Assembly: GCA_963693365.1 (NCBI GenBank)
Contig: CAVNZM010000009.1
Span: 8,475,408 to 8,539,407, forward strand
Direction of reading: 5' to 3'
Length of the DNA: 64,000 nt
Origin: Amoebidium appalachense
Lineage: Eukaryota > Protista > Ichthyosporea
Shown: one piece after another, positions 12,949 through 25,251 of the stretch
Position numbering within the stretch: position 1 is the first letter of the stretch
How the letters are laid out: the number at the start of each line of letters is the position of its first letter
Program-made: the position numbers and the translations under genes
The notes under the pieces: generated by a model
Databases searched by the model: none
Seen by the model: only the letters and a program-made list of their open reading frames with translations
What the model was told of the DNA's origin: nothing

Positions 12949-12987
<39 letters not shown>

Positions 12988-13251
12988 GGGGGGGGGGGGG
13001 GGGGGGAGGGAAAGGTTGGACGTGGTTACGTTCAGTATGGGTGTAGAGCGGGACCTTGTGAACGATACTAGTAGAGATTTTGGGATAGTACATTGGCAAA
13101 TACATAGTGAATGCTGGAGATTGGCATAATAAGATTGGCAAAACGAGATGATCGTGAATGGAAGGAGACTTTTTTTCAGTCAATGACGGGCCTAGCCTGA
13201 ACCGCTCACGAGGGTATAAGCATATGAAGTGTTGGGATTATTTTTGGGGGG

Positions 13252-13283
<32 letters not shown>

Positions 13284-13418
13284 GCTGGGGGCATATGGCA
13301 AAGTCTTCGGGAAAAATCTGTATATGTAGTGAAGAGAAGTGATGAACTTAACTTGTACGTGCAGGTCTTTTACCTTCTTGTTGAGTTACGTGGGGGGGGG
13401 GGAGGGGAGGGGGGAAAA

Positions 13419-13456
<38 letters not shown>

Positions 13457-13734
13457 CACTGAGGCAACAGCAAACCTGTGCATGCAGCTACAAAACCAAC
13501 AACAGAGTTCGTACTGCACGTGACACTATGTGTGGCTGGAGCAGACAGTAAATGTATGAAATTAAGCAGCCGTGGCGTCGCTTTCAACGACATGTCGTTT
13601 TCAACTTGAAATTGTGTACGGGCACATGTTCTGCAGGTTTGCGCGCGCAAACAGTCCCCTCCTTCCCCCCCCATCCCCCCTTTCCCCCCCCCCCCCCCCC
13701 CTCCCCCCCCCCCCCCCTCCCTCCCCCCCCCCCT

Positions 13735-13766
<32 letters not shown>

Positions 13767-13808
13767 CCAACACTTACCCAAAAAGATGTGCACGTACACA
13801 AAATCATA

Positions 13809-14320
13809 CAGTCACCGCACGTTATAGCGCCCCCAGTATACAGCACACCCCCCTCAATATAGCGCCCCCCCCGGGATGTCACCAATCGACTCCACTATTG
13901 AATCTATACTTGATAGGCACCTTATATAGCGCCATCCACGATATAGAGCCCCCAGCGGATGAAGCGCTATCATATGAACCTATATAAGAAAAAGCGATGC
14001 GATATAGCCCCACCCATCATCAGGGAGACCCTATGATGGTTGTTTTCGATAGGCTGTGGGGGCGCTGTGGGGGCTAAAGTTGTGGCAATTGTGGTGGTTG
14101 TGGTGGTTGTGGTGGTTGTGGTGGTTGTTGGGGGCTGTGTAGGCTTTTTTTGGTGTAGGCGGGGTGATGCTGGTGGGCAGGCGGGGTGATGTAGGAATAA
14201 ACAAATTGGGTTCTCCCAGGATTCGAACATGGACACATTACTATATAGCGTCCAGTATAACGCCCCCCCGGAGTGTAACCAGGGGGGGGGGGGGGGGGGG
14301 GTTATATCGAGCGGTGACTG
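13809..14320. mobile_element. Tc1/mariner-pogo-type MITE, 512 bp
   Basis: TIRs CAGTCACCGCACGTTATAGCGCCCC and CAGTCACCGCTCGATATAACCCCCC. TA target duplication at 13807-13808 and 14321-14322. Internal repeats of TATAGCGCCCC. Confidence 0.85.
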
Positions 14321-15412
14321 TAAAAATAGTCGATACATCGTACACACAAACAAAGTGAATAGACGTGTGCGCAGTGTTCCCAGTCACAACAACCCCCGAA
14401 CAAACAGCACAAACCGTGGCGCAATATTAAAGACAAATTCATAAGACGGCCATGCATGATATGTGTGCGTGCACGCGCACATGCACACATGCATGCGCAC
14501 ATGCGCACGCACACACATACGCACACACGTACACACACACACACGTGCGCACACACATACACGTGCACACGCAGACGCACACACACACGCACACACACAT
14601 GCACACACACACACAGATTTACAACACCACCCTGTGATACGTAGCATGCACACATAGGTGACCGTCACATAGCAAAAATAAAAGAGAACTATTGGCACAT
14701 GTACACCGGGCTATTCATCGACGTCCGCCTGCAACATACGGGATTATGTTGTGGGCACACATCAACGCACTCGCACGTGCCACACACAAAGAACCACACG
14801 CAAATGAAGTGACTTGCACAAAATAACTCAAAAGCATTACCCACGTATGGCATAGGCAGTGATGTACATATCCTCATATGGCAGAAAACTACATCGAATG
14901 AACACAGAAAGTAATAGACCCACAGAAAGACCCCCCCCTCCCCCCCCCTCACTCACCACCGTCACCACACACACACACACAGCCAACCCAGCCATCCACC
15001 CGCATCGCACCATTATCTCCCAACACAAAGGCAAAACAAGCTGCACACACACGTGCAAGCAAGTCACTGAGTATATCTGTAACAAAGTGAAGAACACGAA
15101 CACACAGCCAATCCTCGTTTTTTCTGACGATTGAAATGTGCACAACTTGTAAGAAAATAGAGCCTCTCCCAAACGGATAGGTGGGAGGTTAGGGGGGGGG
15201 GGGGGAGGGGGGGGGGTGTTCTTTTGAGAAAGTTGTGCATGATACAAGTGCTTGATCAGCTTCAGGCTTTGTTTGCATAGGAGAAGGCAGACGGAGAGAA
15301 GAAACCTCATTATCGTTTTAGGCAGAACTGTGCTTTCACAATCCGGGGGGGGGGGGGGGGGGGGGAGGGGGGGGAGGGGGGGGGGGGGAGGGGGGGGGGG
15401 GGAGGGGGGGGG

Positions 15413-15637
<225 letters not shown>

Positions 15638-16544
15638 GAAAACTTTAGGAAAATGCCTTGTTTTTTGTGGCTGTGGTAGGGTTCATTGGTGTTTGGTGGG
15701 GTTTTCGTGGGCGGCAGAGTCCTCGCAGGGGCCACACAGGTCGCAGTTGGGGCACACGGCACACTTGAAGTGCACACCCATAAGGGGGGACATTCCGCAG
15801 CCGTCACACTCGACGTTTGGATGCTGGGGGACGGTGGGTACTTTGGCGGCCATCTTGAGTTTTTTTTTTTTTTTGGCTTTTGTTTTGGTGTACGTTTGAA
15901 TGAGCTGGTGAAATAATTGTTCTGGTCAGCGGGCAGCTTCGAGGATTTTATACCCGTGGGTGCCAAGATCTGCCCAATCCCGAAACGATACTTTGTCCAT
16001 ATCGTAAATGCGTTTCGCACATTCCATCAATACCATGGCCATGGGCCATGTGCATTTTTGAATTCGAGATTTTACTTTATGCAGTTGCCAGCAGCCACGC
16101 AGCAGAGTTGACTACACTGAAAACTCCTTTGTAGGCCGGCATCTCTAATTATGCATAGGTTTACGATTTTCCTTTTTTCATTCTCCTCAAAATAATGATC
16201 CATATCATCTTTAGGTGCCACCTAAACCTCGAGGTTAGGCGAGATGTCGATCTAAACTTCTAAAGGAGAATGCAAAGCTCTCCCTATATAAACTTCAGCC
16301 ACAAGTTTAAATTTAGCCAACGTTGTCGTTTTTTTTTTTTTTTTTTAATGACTTTATTGAGAAGCTCATCCGGAGAAGCATTCGAGATATCACAGATATC
16401 TCAGAGAAGAAAGACAAAAAACCTTACTCTCGGAAACGGAGGAGATCGACTAAGATAATCATATACCCGAGAAAACTCATTAAACATACGGTGATTTAAC
16501 AGATATATAGTCAATAGGAGTAATATCAGGATTATCTAAGTAAG

Positions 16545-17030
16545 CTAATCGTATAAGTTCGAACGGAATAATCTGAGATAAATAAATACTATTCTATCTA
16601 GATGTTTGCGAGAAAGAGGTTCTGCACAAAAGTGGCACAAACATTTATGGAAACAAAGATTACAACGCCAAAACAAGCACTTCCAAGCAACATCACAAGA
16701 AGGGGTGAGAATGGCAAGATCAGAAAGTGTACATGTGGTAGGTTTACGAGAAGAAGGAGAAATATAAGTAGCTAATTTACATAACGCTTGCAAACAAAAT
16801 AAACGAGTCTCTACAATAAAAAGAAGCACAGGCTCGAGAGCCCGACCGCAATACTCTTTATCACCAGGATGAAGCAAAGGGTATTGAGTATCAAACCAAG
16901 TAACATACTGCTGATAAATAGTGAAAGAGAAAAATAAAGAAGAGATATATTTAAAAGGATATCTCGGAATGGGAGATAGATTGGGGATGGGACATTTCGC
17001 ACGAACATTAGAAATGGGAACAGGAGCTAA
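16545..17030 (-). pseudogene. 3' part of an old LINE ORF2 that was split by the Ngaro insertion
   Basis: Removing the Ngaro element gives ...HPLLQFFP-S-LAPVPISN... in frame with ORF 45789-46220. The C-terminus (TTCTLSDLAI...LFWRCN...CHFC...LSRKHL) parallels the end of the LINE ORF2 at 57649. Confidence 0.8.
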
Positions 17031-17371
17031 AGAGGTTTTATTTGTGGAAATTATTGACATAAATATTTTTCTGGGTAAACACGTAGGATGGGTGTCCGAT
17101 ATCAACAGACTTCGTTTCATGTCTTAGCAGTTCGCGTTCGGCTGCCCGCATACGGGCACCTATTAGCCGATCAAAACATCAGATTCCACAGATCACTAGA
17201 CCGAGTTTGATTGGCTCAGGATAAGATTTCACATAACACTAGATCGGTTTTGATTGGCTCAGTTCGGTAGCCTTAGGTATATAAGCACGACAGTTTTTAG
17301 CAGATCAGCAAGCAACAACACATCTTCTGTGTTTAGCACCTACAGCTTTACAGCTATATTTTCTTTTTCAC
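17031..17371 (+). repeat. Ngaro repeat A1 (341 bp), probable promoter
   Basis: Identical by eye to 45293-45633. Contains two TTTGATTGGCTCAG (reverse CCAAT) boxes and GTATATAAG upstream of the gag ATG. Confidence 0.93.
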
Positions 17372-17400
17372 TCTCCCTATCTTTCCGTACGCCGGTCAGC

Positions 17401-18570
17401 ATGCCGCCGAAAAAGCGCCAGGCCTCAGCCACCGCCCCTGCCGCGGCACCCAAGCGCCTGACCCGCAGCGACCTCCGCCACAGGCTGACCAACGCTCCCG
17501 CGGACACTGACGCGCCTCCAGCGGCCCATACCACCACGGACCCGGACCCGCCGGCTAGTCTCCCCTCCCCTCCTGAAGTCCCCCCTCAGGCCCCGCCGTC
17601 CCCGCAGATGACTTCTCAAGACGCCGTCCTTGCCGCCCTCACCGCCATCAGCACCCAGATGGCTGGCGTCCTGGCTGCTCTCACCAACCGCGACCCTCCC
17701 GCGCCCCCCGCCGCGCCCTCCGCACCCGGGGAGGTTTCCCCGGGGCTGCATCTCGGCCCTGACCTAGACCTACCTGCCCTGCCCGCGCCCCCCATCACAG
17801 GTGAGAACACTGGCGACATTCAGCCGGGCACACTCCCGCTTCCCCCCGCGGATGTGCTGGCAGATTTGCGCGCCAATCGTTTCGTCGACCTGTATAAGTT
17901 CACCCCCGCCGCCCTCCTGGCCCCATCCAAGAAAGGTCAGCATCTGCGCATGGCCGACGACGGCAGCATCGAGACTTTTCGCCAAGACAAACCCGTTCCC
18001 CTGCGTTCACTCGTCATTTGGATCCAAGCTTGGACCCATTACATGGCCGCCAAGCACCACCTCGGCCTCCCCACGGACAAAGACGTACTTTGGACTCAGC
18101 ACGTCACTCGCCTCAGCACCCGATACCCGTGGGCCCAGATCCACAACTATGACGTATACGCCCGAACCGTTGCCCACCAGCAGGGTCGGGCTCCGATCGA
18201 GTGTCCCAACCTGCTCGCCCAACTCCACCAGGATCTTCTCCTGCCACCCACTCTGCTCATCCCGGACGCATGTCAGCGCTGTGGCTTCCCCGACCACCCC
18301 AGCGCGGCCTGCCCCATGTACCCCAAGCCCGGCTGTGGTCTTGACGGCTTTAAACCGCCCCACAAGCCCGGCGGGGGTCAAACCCCTAACCGCCCTGGCC
18401 CGCAACCCGGCCCGGCAAAACCGGCCCGACCCGTGGATCTACCCGCGACGCACTGCAGGAATTTCCACATTAACGGTCGGTCCTGCGCTAAGCAGCCCTG
18501 CCCCTTCTCCCACGTGTGCCCGCTCTGCTCTGGCACACACCCCCGCAAAGACTGCAAGCACAATGCCTAG
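17401..18570 (+). CDS. Ngaro Gag-like ORF1
   Basis: Likely start is MPPKKRQ at 17401. Contains FVDL...WIQAWTHYM...Y.W....YD...R, a CCHC knuckle (CQRCGFPDHPSAAC) and a CCCH+CCHC tail (CRNFHINGRSCAKQPCPFSHVCPLCSGTHPRKDC), typical of YR retroelements. Confidence 0.88.
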   Translation: MPPKKRQASATAPAAAPKRLTRSDLRHRLTNAPADTDAPPAAHTTTDPDPPASLPSPPEVPPQAPPSPQMTSQDAVLAALTAISTQMAGVLAALTNRDPPAPPAAPSAPGEVSPGLHLGPDLDLPALPAPPITGENTGDIQPGTLPLPPADVLADLRANRFVDLYKFTPAALLAPSKKGQHLRMADDGSIETFRQDKPVPLRSLVIWIQAWTHYMAAKHHLGLPTDKDVLWTQHVTRLSTRYPWAQIHNYDVYARTVAHQQGRAPIECPNLLAQLHQDLLLPPTLLIPDACQRCGFPDHPSAACPMYPKPGCGLDGFKPPHKPGGGQTPNRPGPQPGPAKPARPVDLPATHCRNFHINGRSCAKQPCPFSHVCPLCSGTHPRKDCKHNA

Positions 18571-18961
18571 TCTACGCGCACACCCACACACACAGCTAGA
18601 ACATAGGGGTTAGGAGCTAGGACACACGAGTACAGGGAAACGGAGCTCGGGAGAACGGGCCAATAGGGCTGAGTACAAAATTTCGCAGGCCAACTACGGC
18701 GCCCGCGCGCGTCAAGAATAAATGTCCCTACACAAAGACGTTTATTCTGGCCACTGCACATAATTTTACCTCCCCCCCCCCCATCCCACGAGCCTCCCCC
18801 CCCCTTACACTCACCTAGCACTCCCTCCCCCCCTTCTTCTACCTCTGTGTCCGCCCACACCCCCGCGTGCTCGGGCACATTCCCTGCACAGGGCCCCGCT
18901 GCCCTCCCTGCCAACCCTCAATCGGGCCCAGCTGCCCTACTCTAACCCCCCCGGGGCCCTG

Positions 18962-18995
<34 letters not shown>

Positions 18996-19089
18996 CCCCC
19001 CCCCCCCCCCCCCCGCTGCCGGGATATACCCGAGGGTGCCCCACCCTTGCTAACCACCCCTTCCCCCGAGGCTCAGACCCGGAGGCCCG

Positions 19090-20554
19090 CCCGCTGCCCC
19101 AGCACCACATTGACACCTCCCGCCTCCGGGAACTGCTGGCCTCCTACCCAGACCAATCATTCGCCGCACAACTCCTCCACGATGTCGAATTCGGTGTCGA
19201 CATCGGCTATCGCGGCCCCTCCACCTCTCGGGTGGGCCCCAACCTACCCACCACCCCGGAGGCAGCTTCCGCTATCACGGCGGATATTGCCAAAGAAGTC
19301 GCCCTCGGCCACCTGCGCGGCCCCCTCTCCCCGGCCCAATTCTTTGACGAATTTCCGGTCCACCGTTCCTCCCCCATCGGCGCCGTTACCAAGAAAGGGA
19401 ACCCCCCCAAGTACTGTCGAATCCACCACCTCTCCTGGCCCCGGGGTAGCAGTGTCAATGACAGCATCACCTACCCCGACGAACTTCAGTACATTCGCGC
19501 CCGGGACGTCACCCAGCTCATTCTCGACGCAGGCCCCGGCTGCTACATGGCCGTGGCAGATGTGCAGGCTGCCTTCCGGCACATGCCCATCCGACCAGAA
19601 GACCATCACTTAATGGCATTCAAATGGCTGGGGCATTTTTACGTTGAAACCAGACTGCCCTTCGGCCTGAAATCTAGCCCAGCCATCTCGGAACGGATCG
19701 CGGCCACCCTACAGTGGCTGGCACACCAGCACGGTATTACCCTCATCCGCCACTACGTAGACGACTGGATTATAGTCGCCCCCACCCAAGAGCAGTGCCA
19801 ACGTCACCTATCCACCTTCCTGCAACTCTGCCGAGAGCTGCACATTGCCATCTCCGAAGACAAGATGCAGGGCCCGGCTACCCGTGTCATCTTCATCGGT
19901 ATCGAATTCGACTCCATCGCCATGGAGGCACGAATCCCGGCTTCCAAGCTCTCGGACCTACTCGACCTCACTTCCCACCCAAAGCCCACCATCACCATTC
20001 GGGACCTCCAGTCCCTCCTCGGCAAACTCACCTGGTGTGCCCAGCTGGTTCCCCCCGGGAGGGCCTTCTCCCAGCGCCTATGGGCCCTTCTCCGGACCCA
20101 CCCACACCTTGCCGGCCACCACCACATACGACTGACTGCTGCCGCCCGGGCCGACATAGCCGAATGGCACCAGTTCCTCACATCATGGAATGGGGTGCAC
20201 CTCATCACACCCCCCACATACACTACCCTGGCCACCGATGCTGCCGGATCGGTGGGTCTAGGAGGCCACTGGCTCGACCAATGGTTCTTCATGCCCTGGT
20301 CCCCCTCCACCCAAGCCCTCTATGCTCATGAGGGTAAACTCGGTTCTTCCGTCATCGAACTCCTGGCCATCGCAGCCGCCGTGGCCCTCTGGGCCCCCTC
20401 CTGGTCCACCCACCATGTCCGTATTTTATGCGACAACACGGGTGCTGTGTCTGACCTGCACTCCCGGTCTTCCCCCCACCCTGTGATGGCCAAACTTATT
20501 CGGTTCATCACCCGCATGGAAATGCAATACCAGTTTACGTTACAGGCATCCTAC
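19090..20554 (+). CDS. Ngaro RT-RNase H, interrupted by the Gypsy insertion
   Basis: SPIGAVTKK, RIHHLSWP..SVND, ADVQAAFR, LPFGLKSSP, HYVDDW, TDAAGSVG, IELLAI, CDN. The true start is obscured by C runs. Confidence 0.92.
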
Positions 20555-21164
20555 TGTAAACAGTTGAACTAGTTGGGATAAGGCAGAGAACAACTGAATC
20601 AGAATAAAGACAGAGAACGGGTAGTAAGGCACACGCGGCCAGGTTACTATTTAATGTGCTCGTTCAGAGTGATCCCCCGTACTGGGACGGCTTGTTTATA
20701 TAGCCCCCAGGTTCCGGATCATCTGGATGGGTGGCATTGATGCCTTCGTGACTTCTGACCAGTCAGAAGAGTGCGGTCGTCTTTATGTGCACACAGTGCA
20801 CCAATAACATGAAGCTAACTAAAAGGATAACTTTGTGGCAAATGATTGGTCAATACTTAAGCCCGTTTAGGTTTATGCAACTGGGTCTGATTTCCTTATT
20901 GGTTCCGTTCGTTTAGCTATAGATGTCGCCTCCGTAGTGGATGAGACTTGCATTCCTATCCTAGCGGTTCTCGAATTCTATTGGTTCATACTGACTGCAC
21001 GGCCACTGCATATTGCCGGCGCCGCGGCTCAGTCGTGAGCCGCAGCCCGCGGCTGTCGCGTGTGATATTGATCTGATCATATGTACACAATATCTACGTG
21101 ATCACTATGATATGTACAATATATTCGTAATAGTAAACATGTACGGCGTGTACAGATGTTTACA
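20555..21164 (-). repeat. Gypsy 3' LTR (610 bp)
   Basis: Ends TGTAAACA...TGTTTACA. I see only one difference from 43332-43941 (gtacaAtata vs gtacaGtata). Confidence 0.97.
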
Positions 21165-21178
21165 CTCCCCCCCCTTCT
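21165..21178 (-). other. Polypurine tract
   Basis: AGAAG-G run-AG directly abutting the 3' LTR on the minus strand. Confidence 0.9.
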
Positions 21179-21230
21179 CGGGAGCCTGGTGGTATGGTCT
21201 GGAGACGGTAAACCACCAGGCTGAGGGAAG

Positions 21231-24200
21231 TTAGCGACGTCGGCGCTTCTTTCGTGCGGGCTGGCTGGCAGGGCCGGCCACCAAAGTACCTAGGTAGTCT
21301 GTGAGTGCTCCTGCGGCTGTGTCTTGCAGGCCGGAGTGAGGTTCCCAGGTGTCGTTCTTAGCCGTGTACCCTTTCCAACGAACTTTGTAAAGGGCTTGGG
21401 CAGTTGCCGAGTCGTACTTGTGGGCAATAATTTTTGCCACTTCGAAGGTGGGGGTGGGTGAATCTTGCGGACCAGAGTCGGCTGGCGTCATATCAACGTC
21501 GTCACGGGGAAAATACGGCTTCAAGTGACGTGCGTGTGCTCGAACGGTGTCCGTTGACCCAACCCGCTGAATTTCGTAAGACATGGGGGCGTCGGTAACG
21601 CGCCGCAGGACGCGATACGGACCTTCCCATTTAGGTCTGAGTGCCGTGGGTAGACTGTGGTCGGTGGTGGAGTCTGTGACTGCTTTCAACACCAGACCCT
21701 CGAGTTCTGTGGGTTCACGAGCATTTTTGTTAGCCGTGATTTTACTACGACGGGCAGCTTCAGACATAATTCGTGTGACTGTTTGCCGGGCATACTGCAC
21801 TCGTTGCAGTAGTTCTCGACGGTATTCCTCCGTCTCCATCCCACATGAAGCCGCAATTGGGGGGCGGGGGGGCTCGACCGGATCTCTGCCATAAAGCATG
21901 AAGAATGGCGTGTCCCCCAAGGAAGAGTGGTAGGCGGTGCGGTAGGAAAACAGTACTTGCGGTAAGTAGTCAATCCATTCGTGGTGTTTATCCTGCACGA
22001 GAGTGGCAAGAATATTCTTAAGTGTGCGATTGAATCGCTCTACGGCACCATTGGTCTGGGGGCTGTAGGGACTTGCAAAAATTCGTTTTGTAGCCAACAC
22101 TCGACAGACATCTGTGACCAACATAGCTGCCAAATTCGCGCCGTTGTCTGATACTAAAAATTCCGGACGACCGTGACGGCAGTAGATGGAGTCTTCGAAT
22201 GCCTTTGCCACATCTTCGGCTGTGGGTGTTTTGTGAAATAAAATCACTTCCGGCCAGCGAGTGAAGAGGTCGAGAAACACCAACAGGGAAACTCTGAGAT
22301 CAGATTTCGTAGGCATCTCAGTAATGTCCATAGACACGTATTGAAAGGGATAGGTGGGGATAAAACCATCGTGAATTCGTAGTTTCTTTTGCATTCGGGG
22401 TGTCTTCCGGTATTGACAGGCTTTGCATGTGGTTACCCACTGCACCGAGTCTTGCCATACACGTGGCCACCATGCTATCTGGGTAACACGGTGGAAGGTG
22501 CGTGCTGCGTCGAGGTGACCTGCGGTTGGGGCGTCGTGACATGCGGCCAAAACGAGGCGCACAAGCGTAGACGGCACCCAAATTCGTGGTTCCTTGCTGG
22601 GTTTGCGGGGGCCACGCTGTTCTAGGACCCACACATACACAAGGTCATTGTCTATGGTGCAGCGACTAGCTTCCATCGCGATTTCGTTGCCAAATAATTC
22701 GTAGCCCGGTGCTTTTTCCAGGTAGGCCCTGACTTTCGCAATGTGTTTATCAGCCTTCTGTGCTGACACATACTGTTCATAGGTGGGCATTCGTCCATCC
22801 GCTTTTGGGGGAATAAATTCTGGCGGCGTGGTATTAGGTTTCGTGGGTTCAGCTGGGGGTGGGTGGGTGGCAGCTTGTGCCTGCGCTGTCGCTGCGGCGG
22901 AGCGTGTTACCGCAAACACCGTGGACGAGCCCGAGACTGTGCCGATCAGTGAGGGGTATGTCAGCTCAGTATCTTCGGGTCCTGGTTGCGCATTTTCTTT
23001 AGATGGCCGAGAGAGTCCATCAGCATTGCTGTGGTGTTTGCCCGCCCTGTGCTGAATTTCGTATGTGTATGCGGAAAGCGCCATTTGCCAGCCTGCAACA
23101 ACAGGTTCCGGTGCATCGCCGGTAGACAGAATGCGCGTCAAGCTGGAGTGGTCGGTTCGTAACAAGAAAGGAGCCCCATAGGTGTAAGCGCGAAATGCTT
23201 TGCACACAGCCCAATACACACCTAAGGCTTCCCTTTTATTCGCCGCATAATTTCGTTCACTCTTAGAGAGTGTTCTGCTAGCATAAGCTATGGGTCGTTC
23301 TTTGCCGTCATCACCTACCTGCGAAATCACTGCGCCCAGAGCATACTGTGAAGCATCTGAGTCAACAATAAAAGGTTTGGTGAAATCGGGGTGAGCAAGC
23401 ACAGGTGCATTAATTAACGCATTCTTAAGGGTATCGTATGCTTTCTCCTGTTCCGTACCCCACACCCATGCAGCATTTTTCTGTGCTTTCTTTTTCGTGG
23501 CCAAAATAGCTGCAGAATCGGCGTGCAAATTTTTTGCTTCGTCTTTTCGTTGTTTTGCGCTGCCGTTGCGTTTGGCGGGTTTCGTAGAGGGGGGCATTTT
23601 TGCGTGAATTCGTTTTAGTAATTCTGAATCCTCCTTCGAGGTGCCCAGCATTCGCGTGAGTGGTTCAGCCGTATGGCTGAAATCGTCCACAAATATTCGA
23701 TAATATGAAAATAACCCGAGGTCACTTCGTAGCTCAGATAAATTTTGTGGGTAGCTTTTATTCTTTATTGCTGCCACTTTTTCTGGGTCTACCTTAATAC
23801 CATCCGGGCATACGCGATGGCCTAAATAGCCAACTTCTTCCATGAACAAAGAGCATTTTCTGCCTTTCAGTTTTAATCCTGCATCACAGAACCGGGAAAA
23901 ACATGAATCTAAATGCCCAAAATGTTCTTCGATAGTGGGTGACATAACTAATATATCATCGAGATATATGAGTACATGTGTCCACAGCATACCAGCGAAT
24001 ACACGGTTCATCATCCTTGAAAAGACAGCAGGCATGTTACTTACTCCAAAAGGTGCGCGTGCGAATTGATACTGCCCCCCAGGGGGTGGTAAATGCAAGT
24101 TTTTCTTTGTCGTTATCGGCTACTTTGACTTGGTGGTAACCACCGTTTAAATCAAGTGCGGAAAACACGCGGGCACCTCTGAGCATACCCAGAGCCATGT

Positions 24201-25251
24201 CAATTCGTGGTAAAGGGTAACCGTCTTTCTTCGTAATCAAGTTCAGCATTCTAAAATCAATGCAGACTCTTAAAGACCCGTCCTTTTTCGCCACCAACAC
24301 CATCGGAGCGGAGTAAGGGCTGGACGCAGGCTCAATCACTCCAAACTCTACCCAATTTTGAATTTGTTTGTGTAGGCTATCGCGAAGGTGATGTGGGATG
24401 TTATAGGGCCTGCGGTACTGTGGTATGGTGGTAGTTACTTCGATCGACAGTTCGTCTAAGGTACTCAAACCAAAGTCGTTGTCGTGTGCAGAGAACACAT
24501 GCTTCCATTTTTTAAGCAGTTTTCGTATCCGTTTCGCCAACGGTTTCCGTTGGTCTGGGGGAGTTCCAGGCATGTCGTATTCTTCTGGAGGTTTGACCCC
24601 AAAAGGCAAGTCGTCGTCTGTGGCGGCTTCCCCGTCGGAGGTACATTCGTGCGTACGCTTTCGTAAATTATTCGTATCCTCCAGTGCAGTGGTAGATGGT
24701 GCCCCATCTGCTGCTTCGATAGTAGGTGGCCCTACCTCTGGTTTTGTTCGTGCTGGATTACCAAAACCATTCATTTTCGTGGAACTGCGCTGTGTGGTGT
24801 TCTCTTTCGTACTCATATTCATAATTTTACTCCGTTCACACACCTTAATACTACCGTTAATATTAGTAGCCGCCTGGAAAGTGTGTGGTTCGTGTTCGGT
24901 GGGTTCTTCGGTTGATTCCTGCGAAGAAAAGTTCGTTTTAGCAGAGGTACCTAATGGATGGCCAGGGTGTGGGGTTGTCGCCCTCCTGGTTCCATTACCG
25001 GAGTGTGGACGTGCTAAAAGAGTAACAGTGTCATCTGATTGCAAGGGAATAAACATGGCCACCTCCGTACCAGGGCCTAGGTACACATGATGGTCCGATG
25101 TGTTAGTCAACAACACCTTGCATTCGTATTCGTCCTCGATCACACTTTCTTCGCTAGTGGAGAGGGGGGGTTCGTTATTCGAAATTCGAGCTAAACTGGT
25201 GACACTGCATGCTGTTGTGTAAGCCCGTGAATTAAGTGGACCACATGGAAC
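21231..25251 (-). CDS. Gypsy Pol: RT, RNase H, integrase and chromodomain (one extra G at ~24078)
   Basis: SSPYSAP..KKDGSLRVCIDFR.LN, LDLNGGYHQ, PFGVSN, YLDDIL, SDASQYALGAV, RTDH, ADGLSR, HHCC (HDAPTAGH...CKAC), D-D-E (SMD, SDNG, NGAVERFN), KWEGPY, FEVAKI...YKVRWKGY...TWEP. The frameshift lies in a G6 run (TTPWG/QYQF) and may be a sequencing error. Confidence 0.95.

Noticed and set aside
12082-15150. Possible minus-strand exons between C/CA tracts
   Set aside because: Fragments are short, contain stops and show no identifiable homology.
21013-21234. Small ORF MPAPRLSREP... repeated at 43790
   Set aside because: Antisense frame within the two LTR copies, with a non-ATG start and no coding features.
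24060-24098. Programmed frameshift within the Gypsy RT
   Set aside because: It is a single extra G in a G run in the middle of a conserved motif; a sequencing error or mutation is more likely.
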